Assembly: GCA_963677765.1 (NCBI GenBank)
Contig: OY782392.1
Location: forward strand, 660,001-692,000
Direction: 5' to 3'
Source: Candidatus Saccharimonadota bacterium
GTDB taxonomy: Bacteria > Patescibacteriota > Gracilibacteria > BD1-5 > UBA6164
Length of the DNA stretch: 32,000 nucleotides
The notes under the pieces are model-generated. The model did not search any database, had not been told where the DNA came from, and worked only from the letters and a program-made list of their open reading frames with translations. A program made the translations under genes and the position numbers. Shown piece after piece: positions 10,991 through 21,926 of the stretch. Each line of letters begins with the position of its first letter. Within the stretch, counting starts at the first letter, position 1.

Positions 10991-12340
10991 ATGGAAAATT
11001 TGGTTAATTTTATATGAGCTTGACTTGCAATTTGATTAGCTTGAATCTGAGTTGCAATTGGTCAATGAATATTATGAAAAGCTTCAGTTGAAGCTATGTG
11101 AAAAAATAAAGATTTATCTTCTTTTTTCTTAACAATTACAATTCTTGGTATAGCATTAGTAGAATCGGCAGCTATATATGGTTTGATAGTAGCTTTTAAA
11201 ATATTATCTACTACTGATATAACAATTTGAGCTTCAATTTGAGCATGATTAGCTATCTGATTAGCATGATTATGAGCATGAGTATGAGAATGAAAACTTA
11301 TAGCTTGAGCTATAAATGCTATGAGTAAAAATCCAAAATTAAAATCAAAAATAATGACATTTATGGTTTTATTCGTTGCATTAGTAGAATCAGCAGCTAT
11401 ATATGGTTTAGTTATCTCATTTAAAATATTAGGAGATCCTACATTTTCTTCTGAAGCATTTATCGGTATGTGATTAGCTGTATGATTAGCATGATTATGA
11501 GTTTCTATTTGAGAATGAATACTTGCTAATAAAGCTATGGATGTTATGGGTAAACAAGAAAAAATGATTTGATTTTTCTTAACTGTAACAATTCTTGGTA
11601 TAGCATTAGTAGAATCAGCTGCAATATATGGTTTAGTAGTTGCATTTGATATTTTCTCTAAAGATTTATGATTAATGGCTGCTATCTGAGCAGGTACTGC
11701 AATTTGATTTGCATGATTATGAGCATGAATTTGAGAATGAATACTTGTTTCTGGTGCTATGTCATCAATGTCTAGAAATCCAAAAATTAAAGCTAAATTA
11801 ATGACTTTTATGGTATTGTTTATAGCTTTAGTTGAGGTTACAGCAATATATGGTTTAATTATTGCATTTAGAATTTCAGGTTCTTATGATCCATCTATTG
11901 ATCAATTAGTTTATGTATGAGCATGATTAGCTATCTGATTAGCATGATTATGAGTTGGTATCTGAAGATGATATTTATCAGAAGAATCAATGAAAATAAT
12001 GTGAAAAAACCCTTCTATAATTGGTTTTATGTTAACAGTTTCTATATTAGGGGTTGCATTAGTAGAATCAGCTGCAATATATGCATTAGTTGTTTCATTT
12101 AAAATATTAGGTACTGAATGATTAATCTGATTAGCTTCTGCTTGAGCATGATTAGCTATTTGATTAGCATGATTATGAGCATGAGTATGAGAAGGTTTAT
12201 TAATAAAGGGTGCTGTTAAAGGTATAAATATAAATCCAGAACAAAAAGGTAAAACTTTAGCATTTATGGTATTATTTGTTGCTTTAGTTGAAGTAGTCGC
12301 TATTTACTGATTACTAATAGCATTTAGAATAATTGGTTAA
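10991..12340 (+). CDS. atpE: F-type ATP synthase subunit c as a six-hairpin covalent fusion (449 aa), paralog 2
   Basis: I translated every codon by hand with TGA=Gly and found no TAA or TAG. There are six c hairpins with Glu codons at 11162, 11387, 11612, 11834, 12065 and 12290 (spacing 225, 225, 222, 231, 225 nt). By hand count there are roughly 50 in-frame TGA codons against about 24 GGN. Confidence 0.92.
10991..12340 (+). repeat. Intragenic tandem repeat, 6 units of ~225 bp
   Basis: It has the same periodic c-hairpin unit as 8533-9876. The motif gcattagtagaatcagc...atatatggttta recurs. Confidence 0.9.
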
Positions 12341-12369
12341 TTTTTAAATTATAATTTTAAACATATATT

Positions 12370-12843
12370 ATGGAAAATTTAAAATTAGAATTGATTATTG
12401 CTGCTATGATCAATTTCTGAATATTGTTTTTTATGTTTAAGCATTTCTTAGGTGAAAAATTAGCAAAAGCTATTGAAGATAGAAGAAAGTTTCTTCAAGC
12501 TTCTGCTGAAGCCGAAGAACAAGCTAAACAAAAACTAGAAGAAGCAGAAAAACAAGTAGAAGAAATATTAAATGAAGCTAGAGCAAAAGCTTCTGATATT
12601 GAAAAATCTGCAGATGAATTATCTAAACAAAATACTGCTAAAGCTTTAGAAAAAGCAGAAAAAGAAGCTGAATATATAATTTCAAGTGCTAGAAGTCAAA
12701 TAGATAAAGAAAAATTAGAAATGGAAAATTCTATGAGATCAAAAATTTTGGATTTATCTTTAAGATTAACTTCTAAAATATTCTCTAAAGAAACTGCTAA
12801 TAAAGACTTTTTAGAAAAAGAATTAAATGTATTAACTAAATAA
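12370..12843 (+). CDS. atpF: F-type ATP synthase subunit b (157 aa)
   Basis: An N-terminal TM helix (LELIIAAMINFGILFFMF) is followed by a long charged coiled coil (RRKFLQASAEAEEQAKQKLEEAEKQ...). The gene sits in the canonical position between c and delta. Confidence 0.88.
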
Positions 12844-12850
12844 TTATTAT

Positions 12851-13210
12851 ATGAGTGATATAAAAAACTCTATTAATAATCTTGATTTAAATCAATTAAA
12901 ACAACTTTTATCTGAATTAAAATTGTACAAAGATTTAAACAAGCAATTATGAAATAGATGAAAAGATTTGTATAATAGATTAAAAACTTGAGAAAGAACT
13001 TATTTAGTTGAATATTTTCCAGTTATTTCAGAAGATTTAGCTTATGAAATATCTTCTAAAGTTTATAAACAAGTTTTTAATTCAGAGATACAAAGAGATA
13101 ATATAAAGTTTTTACCTAAAGATACTATTTTAGGTTGAGTAAAAGTTTATGTTGATGACAAAGTTGTTGACTTAAGCTACCAAAAAATCGAAAAAATGAT
13201 TACAAAATAA
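12851..13210 (+). CDS. atpH: F-type ATP synthase subunit delta (OSCP), unusually short at 119 aa
   Basis: It lies between atpF and atpA. The C-terminal KDTILGGVKVYVDDKVVDLSYQKIEKM resembles the OSCP C-terminal GG-x-V-x-VGD-x-V-x-D-x-S motif. The N-terminal part is much shorter than the usual ~180-aa delta. Confidence 0.6.
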
Positions 13211-13253
13211 TTTTTTATAAAAATTTTAATTTATTACTATTAAATTTATAACT

Positions 13254-14759
13254 ATGTCAAACGACTTATTAAATAATATTATAAATGAAATAGAAAACAA
13301 AATAGATTCTGTTGAAGTTAATCCAGAAGTATGAAATGTTGGGGAAGTTTTCTATTTATGAGATGGTGTTGCTAAAGTTTCTGGTTTATGAAACTTATCT
13401 TACAATGAAGTAGTTGATTTTGAATCAGGAGCTAGAGGTTTAGCTTTAAATCTTGAAGAACACTTTGTATGAGTTGTTATCCTTTCTGGTTTTAGTAAAA
13501 TTAAAGAAGGTGAAAAAGCTTTCTCTACAGGTAAAACTTTAGAGGTGCCAGTAGGTCAAGGTTTAGTTGGTAGGGTTGTTGACCCATTAGGTAATCCAAT
13601 TGATGGTTTATGAGAAATCAAAGCTACTGAATATTACCCAGTTGAAAGAGTTGCTACAGGTGTTATGTCAAGAAAATCTGTACATGAACCAATGTCTACA
13701 GGTATCAAAGCTATTGATGCATTAGTACCAATTGGTAGAGGGCAAAGAGAATTAATTATTGGTGATAGACAAACTGGTAAAACTCAAGTTGCTATAGATG
13801 CAATATTAAATCAAAAAGGACAATGAGTTACTTGTGTATATGTAGCTATTGGTCAAAAAGAAGGTAAAATTGCTAGAATAGTTGAAGAATTAAAGAAAAG
13901 AGGAGCAATGGATTATACTATTGTTGTTGCTGCTGGAGCATCTACTCCTGCTGCAATGCAATATTTAGCTCCATATGCTGGTTGTGCTATGGCTGAATAT
14001 TTTATGTTCAATAGTGCTCACTCATTAATTATATATGATGATTTAACTAAACAAGCTAATGCTTATAGAGAAATGTCATTATTATTAAGAAGACCACCAG
14101 GTAGAGAAGCTTATCCATGAGATGTTTTTTACGTTCACTCAAGATTATTAGAAAGAGCTTCAAAATTAAATGATGAATTAGGTGCTGGTTCAATGACAGC
14201 ATTACCTATTATTGAAACTCAAGCAGGTGATGTTTCTGCTTATATACCTACGAATGTAATTTCTATTACTGATGGGCAAATTTTCTTAGAATCAAACTTA
14301 TTTAATGCAGGTCAAAAACCAGCAATTAATGTATGATTATCAGTATCGAGAGTTTGAGGTGCTGCTCAAATTAAAGGTATGAAAAAAGTATCAGGTACTT
14401 TAAAATTAGACTTAGCTCAATATAGAGAATTAGCTGCATTTTCACAATTCGCTTCTGATTTAGATGCTGATACAAAAGCACAATTAGACAGATGAGCAAG
14501 AATGATGGAATTATTAAAACAAGGTGTTTATTCTCCAGTTACTGTTGAAAAACAAATTTGTTCTATATATGCAGGTGCTAAAGGTTATTTAGATCAAATT
14601 GAAACTTCTAAAGTTACTAAATTTGAATTAGATTTATATACTTCTTTAGAAGATGAAAAATCTATTTTAGAATCTATTTCAAAAGAAAAAGTATTAAACG
14701 ACGAATCAGAAGCTAAACTTAAAACAGTTATCGAAAAAGTTGTAGAAATATATAAATAA
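13254..14759 (+). CDS. atpA: F-type ATP synthase subunit alpha (501 aa)
   Basis: P-loop [31 protein letters not shown], and [32 protein letters not shown]. The gene joins track ORFs 13908..14120 and 14502..14759 in a single frame. Confidence 0.98.
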
Positions 14760-14786
14760 TTTACATCCAGTTAATTTAAAAATTTT

Positions 14787-15701
14787 ATGGCAAATGCTAA
14801 AGAAATAAAAAGAAAAATTGGGTCGATAAAAAATACTTGAAAAATTACTAAGGCTATGGAGCTTATTTCAACTGTAAAGATGAAAAAAGCTCAAAACTTA
14901 GCAATGGAAAAAAGAAACTTTGTTTTAGAAATGTTAAAAATATTTCTAAGAGTAGAAGATTACTTATCTGAGTTTCCATTGTTTTGAGAAAATTCAAATT
15001 GAACAAAAACATTGGCTGTTGTTGTTACTTCTAATAAATGATTATGTTGAGGTTATAACGTTAATGTTATGAAAAAAGTTAATTCATATATAAAAGAAAC
15101 AGGAGAAGATTTAGATTTTGTTTCTATATGAAAAAAAGCTTCAAATTTTGTTGCAAAAACTTGAAATAATCTTATAGCTGACTTTAGTGATGATTTCACA
15201 GATAATTTAGATCCAGTTTTTACAAAAAAAATATCTGAGTTATTAAGAGAAGAGTTTCTTACTTGAAAATATAATAAAGTAGTTGTTTTTTATAATTTTT
15301 ATGTAAATACAATTAAACAAATTCCAGTTGCGAAAACTTCTTTTCCAATAGATTCAGATGATATTAAAAAATATTTATTTTCTGTTTTAGAAGATCATTT
15401 TGATATTGAATCAGAAATTAAGGAAATGGAAAATACATATTCGTATGATATTGAGCCATCACCTGAAGAATTAGTTAATGATGTTATGCCAATTATTTTG
15501 GATATGATGTTCTTTGATACTTTACTTAATGCTAAAGCTTCTGAACATAGTGCAAGAATGATTGCTATGAAAAATGCAAAAGACTCAGCTAATAAAATAG
15601 CTTGAGCTTTAACTCTAAAATATAACAAAGCAAGACAAGCTAGTATTACTAGTGAAGTTTCTGAAATTACAGCATGAGTTGAATCAATGAAGGATGCTTA
15701 A
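14787..15701 (+). CDS. atpG: F-type ATP synthase subunit gamma (304 aa)
   Basis: The N-terminus is [36 protein letters not shown]. The C-terminus is [44 protein letters not shown]. The full hand translation has no TAA or TAG. Confidence 0.95.
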
Positions 15702-15764
15702 AACAACCTTTACACTTGTTTAAAAAAGATTATAATAAATTTATTATAAAATAATTATGTTATT

Positions 15765-16133
15765 ATGAAATTATTATTTATTGTTCTAAGAGTTCTTATA
15801 AACTTAATTCTAGCATCTTTTTATGTTTTGATATCAATAATTTTTTGAAACTTTATATATTGATTAATTTTATCTATTTTAGGTAAACAAGTTCCAGGAC
15901 CACAAGACCCTATTCATTTTAAATTAGCAATTTTAGCTATATTCTTATCTCTTATATTTTCTTTACTTTTTAGAAAGTATTTGTATTTAAGTGTTATTTC
16001 TTTATTTAGAGATTTTGTTTTAAAAATTGAAAAAAAAGAAAAAAAAATAAATTCTAATAATGAAGGAACTATTAATAAAGATTCATCTTTAGAAGATGAA
16101 TTAGAAATATATGTAAACAAAGAAATAAAATAA
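15765..16133 (+). CDS. Small membrane protein of unknown function, embedded in the atp operon (122 aa)
   Basis: Uninterrupted ORF under table 25. It has 2-3 hydrophobic helices (LLFIVLRVLINLILASFYVLISIIF, FKLAILAIFLSLIFSLLF) and then a Lys/Glu-rich tail. I recognised no family. An AtpI-like assembly role is speculation. Confidence 0.55.
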
Positions 16134-16135
16134 TT

Positions 16136-16537
16136 ATGATATTAAATGTATATACTGACTGATGATCTAGATGAAATCCATGAAAGGCTTGATTATGAGT
16201 TTATATCACGGATAGCAAATGATTGGAAGTTGAAAAAAGGTATAAAAGTTTATGAATCAAGACAAATAATGAAGCAGAATATTTATGAGCTTATTATTGA
16301 ATAAAAAGAGCAATAGAGCTATGATGAAATGAAATTAATCTTTTTATGGATTCAAAATTAGTAATAGAACAATTATTATGAAATTGGAAAATTAAAAAAG
16401 ATGAACTTAGAGTAATAAATAATGATATTAATCAACTTGTTAAACAAAACAATACAAAAGTAAACTATACTTGGATTGCAAGAGAAAAAAATAAAGAAGC
16501 CGATAGGCTTAGTAATGTTGCAATGGATTTAGATTAA
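16136..16537 (+). CDS. rnhA: RNase H type 1 domain protein (133 aa)
   Basis: MILNVYTDGGSRGNPGKAGLGVYI...NNEAEYLGAYYGIKRAIELG...FMDSKLVIEQL...KEADRLSNVAMD carries the DEDD catalytic pattern of RNase HI. It starts 2 nt after the preceding stop. Confidence 0.85.
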
Positions 16538-16561
16538 TTTACAATTAAAATTATATACAAA

Positions 16562-17962
<1,401 letters not shown>

Positions 17963-17981
17963 TTTTTTAAAAATAAATTTT

Positions 17982-18413
17982 ATGAAACTAAAAATATTTT
18001 CTTTTTCATGAGAAAGCTTTAGTTCTGACAATGTTGTTTCTGCAACTTTGATGACTTCAATTTGAGAAATTACTCTATTAGATAATCATGCTCCTTTATT
18101 AACAAGTATAAAACCATCTACTATGTATGTTATATATACTGATGATAAATGAGTTGAAAAAAGAGATGATTTCGCAATTTGAAAATGAGTTGTTGAAGTT
18201 AGTGCTAACAATGTAAAAGTTATGGCTGATATGCTTGTAGATATCGATGATCTTGATACTGAAGCTGCAGAAAGAGCTAGAGAACAAGCTGTTAAACTTA
18301 TGGAAAAATATAGAGATTCAAAAGATAAAATGGACATGGAAAAATTTGTTGAAGCTGAGGATATGTTATTAAAATCAATAGCTCAATTAAAATTAAATGA
18401 TACATTAAAATAA
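17982..18413 (+). CDS. atpC: F-type ATP synthase subunit epsilon (143 aa)
   Basis: It follows atpD. An N-terminal beta-sandwich region (GEITLLDNHAPLLTSIKP) is followed by a C-terminal helical hairpin (EAAERAREQAVKLMEKY). It is in frame with track ORF 18222..18413. Confidence 0.9.
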
Positions 18414-18443
18414 GAAAAACATTATGTTTTTCTTATTTTTTTA
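18412..18443 (+). terminator. Rho-independent terminator of the atp operon
   Basis: The 10-bp stem aagaaaaaca / tgtttttctt is followed by a T-run immediately after the atpC stop. Confidence 0.7.
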
Positions 18444-18446
18444 TAT

Positions 18447-18481
18447 AAAAAAAGTTATAGATTTTATTCTATAACTTTTTT
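18447..18481 (-). terminator. Rho-independent terminator of rpoD (convergent with atp)
   Basis: The stem aaaaagttatag / ctataacttttt has an 8-nt loop. On the minus strand it is followed by a T-run, just after the rpoD stop at 18488-18490. Confidence 0.65.
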
Positions 18482-18487
18482 ATTTTA

Positions 18488-19960
18488 TTAGAAAAATTTT
18501 ATTTTATCAGCATTTGGGTGTTCTCTAAGTTTTTCTAGAGTTTTAGCTTCAATTTGTCTAATTCTTTCTCTTGTAACTCAAAATTCTTTACCTACTTCTT
18601 CTAAAGTATGTACATCTCAACCATCTAAACCAAATCTCATTATGATAATTTTTCTTTCTCTAGGAGTTAAGAAATCTAACATTTCATATAAATTATCTTT
18701 TAATAAATTTATATTTGTTTGACTATCTGGAGTAGGGTTTTTATCATCTTCTATAAAGTCTCATAATGAAGTATCTTCTTCTGATCAAACAGGTGAATCT
18801 AAACTAAGTATATCTTGGCTTATTCTCATTATTTGTCTTACTTTTCTTATGTCCATATCTAGCTCTGTAGCTAATTCTTCCATAAGAGGTTCTCTAGTAA
18901 GTTCTTGAGTAAGTCTTCTGTAAGTATGAGTAAATTTATTTATTGTTTCTATCATATGAACAGGAACTCTTATTGTCCTAGCTTGATCAGCAATAGCTCT
19001 TGTTACTCATTGTCTTATCCACCAAGTTGCATAAGTAGAAAATTTAAATCATTTATCAGGATCAAATTTATCAACTGCTCTAAACAATCATACATTTCAT
19101 TCTTGTATTAAATCAAGCAATCATAAACCTCTTCACATGTATTTTTTTGCTATAGATACCACTAGTCTTAAGTTAGCTGCTGCTAATTTTTTTCTAGCAT
19201 CCATACTTCATGCTCTTATTTGTTTACCTAGCTCAATTTCTTCTTCACTTGATAATAATTCAACTCTACCTATTTCATTTAGGTACATTCTTATTGAATC
19301 ATCACTTATTTCTGATAAAGATATATTAGTTTTTTCTTTTTTCTTTTTATCATCAGATTTAAATAGAGTAGCTTTATCCATATTATCTACAATATCTATA
19401 TCTAATTGTAAAAATCTAGTATATACTTCATCTAATAAATCTAAATCTTCTTCTGCATTAGGTATTGCTGCCATTACTTCATCTTGAGTAACACTACCAT
19501 CTTTTTTTCATTTCTTCATTAGTTCTTGAATTTCTTCAGGCATTCATTCAAGAATTTTTTCAGGAACTTTTACATCTATAAATTCAGTTATACCTTTACC
19601 AACTCTTCTTTTATCTTCAGATCTATCTTTTGGTAATTTTGATAAACCTTTTTCTTTTTTTAGAGCTAGTGCTATATCATCATCATCATCCTCGTCTTCA
19701 TCAATATCTAAATCATCATCATCTAATCTTAGATTTCTTATTTCTTCTAATTCTTCAGGAGTTGGTTCTTTTTCTCCTAATAAATCTTCTTCTAGTTCTT
19801 CTAAATCTTCATCTAATATATCATCATCTTCTAAATCTTCTTTTATAATCTCTTTATTAGCTTTTACTGCTTTTTTTAAAACATCTAAATCTAAATCATC
19901 TAGAGATACTTCTTCTACTTGATTATTTTTTGTTGTTTTGTTGTCTTTTTTAGCTGCCAT
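18488..19960 (-). CDS. rpoD: RNA polymerase primary sigma factor RpoD (490 aa)
   Basis: Hand translation across the TGA codons gives ...[47 protein letters not shown]..., which is region 2. The N-terminus has an acidic region 1.1 ([16 protein letters not shown]). The gene joins track ORFs 19544..19960 and 19208..19474, and 1473 nt is divisible by 3. Confidence 0.96.
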
Positions 19961-20114
19961 TTAGCTTATTTATTAGTAAATATAAATAGTAGAAAATTGT
20001 AATAATACAAAAAATTCCTTCTTTGTTATTTTTTTTAGAAGGAGCAAAAAAAGTATTATTTTTGTTTTTTCATCTTTTTTAAGAGGCTTAGCTTCTTATC
20101 GTCTTGTATTATAT

Positions 20115-20160
20115 AAAAAAAGTCCAAATAATCAAATTTTATTTGACTTAGGACTTTTTT
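20115..20160 (-). terminator. Extended hairpin with a T-run directly after the dnaG stop (partial terminator or processing signal ahead of rpoD)
   Basis: The outer stem is aaaaaagtcc / ggactttttt and the inner stem is tcaaat / atttga. On the minus strand a TATAAT-like sequence follows. Confidence 0.4.
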
Positions 20161-21830
20161 TATTTAATTCAGCTTTCTTTTCATATTTTTAAAAGCTTTG
20201 TGTACTCTAAAAGGGCATTATTATCTCAATTTGACATTAGATTTTTCAATCTTTCTACTTCTTTTTTATATATATCTCTATTTAGTGAATCAATCATTTT
20301 TTCAACTTCTTTTTCAAGATGTTCATTGTTGGAATGTTCTTGTTCAGTTTCTATTTTTAGGGAGATTCACTTATATAACTCTTTTTTACTTAATTCTAGG
20401 CTTTCTAAATATTTTTCTCATTGTTCAAGTATTGATTTCAAGTCTTTATCAATTGATCCAGGAAATAATATTTTTTTTCTAAATATATCTATATTTTTTG
20501 GATTAAGTAAACAGTATCATATAGCTAACTGAGTAGGAGTTAATATTTTTTTTATCTCATTTCAATTATTTTTAGTTGTAGATTTAAACTTAATTTTATT
20601 AAAAGTATCATATATTATACTTTGACTAATATTTAGTAAGTTTGAAATTTCTTTTAGATAGAAATCTTTTTCTACATTGTCAGAATAACTTTTTACTATA
20701 TCAAGTAGTTCTATTAATAGTTTTTTCTTTTCGTCTATAGAATTTGAGTTAAATTTAGATTTTTTTATATAATATCAAATTGGAGTTAAGGCTCCATCTA
20801 TATATTTTTGAAAATCTCATCCTGAACTTATTATTTCATCAGGATCTTTTCATGAAGGAAGAGATATTATTTTTACCTCAAATCATTCATTTTTCATTTT
20901 TTCTAAACTAGCCTTAGTTGCTTTTTCTCATGCTCAGTCTCAATCGAAACATAGATATACTTTTTTAGTTAATCTTTTTATCAAAGTTAAGTGCTTTTCA
21001 GTAAGTGCAGTTCATGAAACTGCAACACTATTATAAAATCATCATTTATTCAATCATATAACATCCATATATCATTCTGTAATAATTATATAGTCTTGTT
21101 TAGTTATATGGCTTCTAGCATTAAATAAATTGTATAATATATTTGATTTATCGTAAAAATTTGATGCAGGAGAATTTAAGTATTTTGGCTCTCATTGTCA
21201 ATGAATTCTTCAGGCAAATGCAACAAAGTCTCATCTAGAGTTTTGAATAGGGAAAATTATTCTATTTATGAATTTATCTTTTTTAGATTTTATATCAACA
21301 AATATTTTAGAATCAAATATTTGTTCTTCATTATATCATTTCTTTTTTAAATAATTATATAATTCAACTCAAGAATCACTATATCAGAAGTTAAATTTAT
21401 TTATTAGCTCATCGTTTAATCATCTATCAAATAAATACTTTTTTATTTCAGGGTAATTATTTAGAGAGTTTTTATAATAATTAGTAGCATCTCTATAAAG
21501 AGAATACATATTTTTTTTCTCTTCAAATTTTTCACTATTAAAGTTATTATTTACTTTTATTCATGTATAATTTCATAATATTTCTATGGCTTCTTTGAAT
21601 TCACAGTTTTCAATATCCATTATAAACTTTATTGCTCATCATCATCTATGACATCAAAAACAATAAGCTAATTGTTTTGCAGGACTAACTACAAAGCTAG
21701 GTGTTTTTTCATTGTGACCAGGAAAAGGACAAGCACATTTATAATTTGCACCTGCCTTTTTTAAACTAGTATATTTAGAAACTAAGTCTACAATATCTAT
21801 TGCTGATTCTAGTTCTTCGCTGATTCACAT
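20160..21830 (-). CDS. dnaG: DNA primase DnaG (556 aa)
   Basis: I translated the gene by hand end to end. It has the CHC2 zinc finger [38 protein letters not shown], then [34 protein letters not shown], and the Toprim motifs IIITEGYMDVIGL and VYLCFDGDGAGEKAT. The dnaG-rpoD gene order is canonical. Confidence 0.95.
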
Positions 21831-21898
21831 ATTTTTATAAAAATTATTTTATTAGTTACTTATATTTATATAGTAATTATACTTAATTATTTGTAAAT

Positions 21899-21926
21899 AA
21901 AAAGAGAAAGATTATCTTTCTCTTTT
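21899..21926 (-). terminator. Hairpin terminator overlapping the stop codon of the 232-aa gene
   Basis: The stem aaaagagaaag / ctttctctttt has a 5-nt loop that contains the stop (21912-21914). The downstream sequence on the minus strand is T-rich. Confidence 0.5.

Noticed and set aside
11917-12102. Track ORF on the plus strand (61 aa) inside the second c6 gene
   Set aside because: It is out of frame with the 449-codon c6 ORF. It is an artefact of standard-code ORF calling.
8533-12340. Highly regular ~225-bp repeats that could be read as a CRISPR array, satellite DNA or an assembly artefact
   Set aside because: There is no short-repeat/unique-spacer architecture. The period is exactly 75 codons, and the units form two uninterrupted table-25 ORFs encoding complete c-subunit hairpins. 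The units are divergent at the DNA level, which is unlike collapsed identical repeats. Assembly should still be verified with long reads.
19630-19848. His- and Leu-rich plus-strand ORF (72 aa). The same applies to 18905-19111 and 19137-19487
   Set aside because: These are antisense to rpoD. The HHHH runs are simply the complement of the Asp/Glu-rich region 1.1 codons.
20198-20532. Two overlapping plus-strand ORFs (94 and 110 aa)
   Set aside because: They are antisense to the C-terminal part of dnaG, which I translated continuously on the minus strand.
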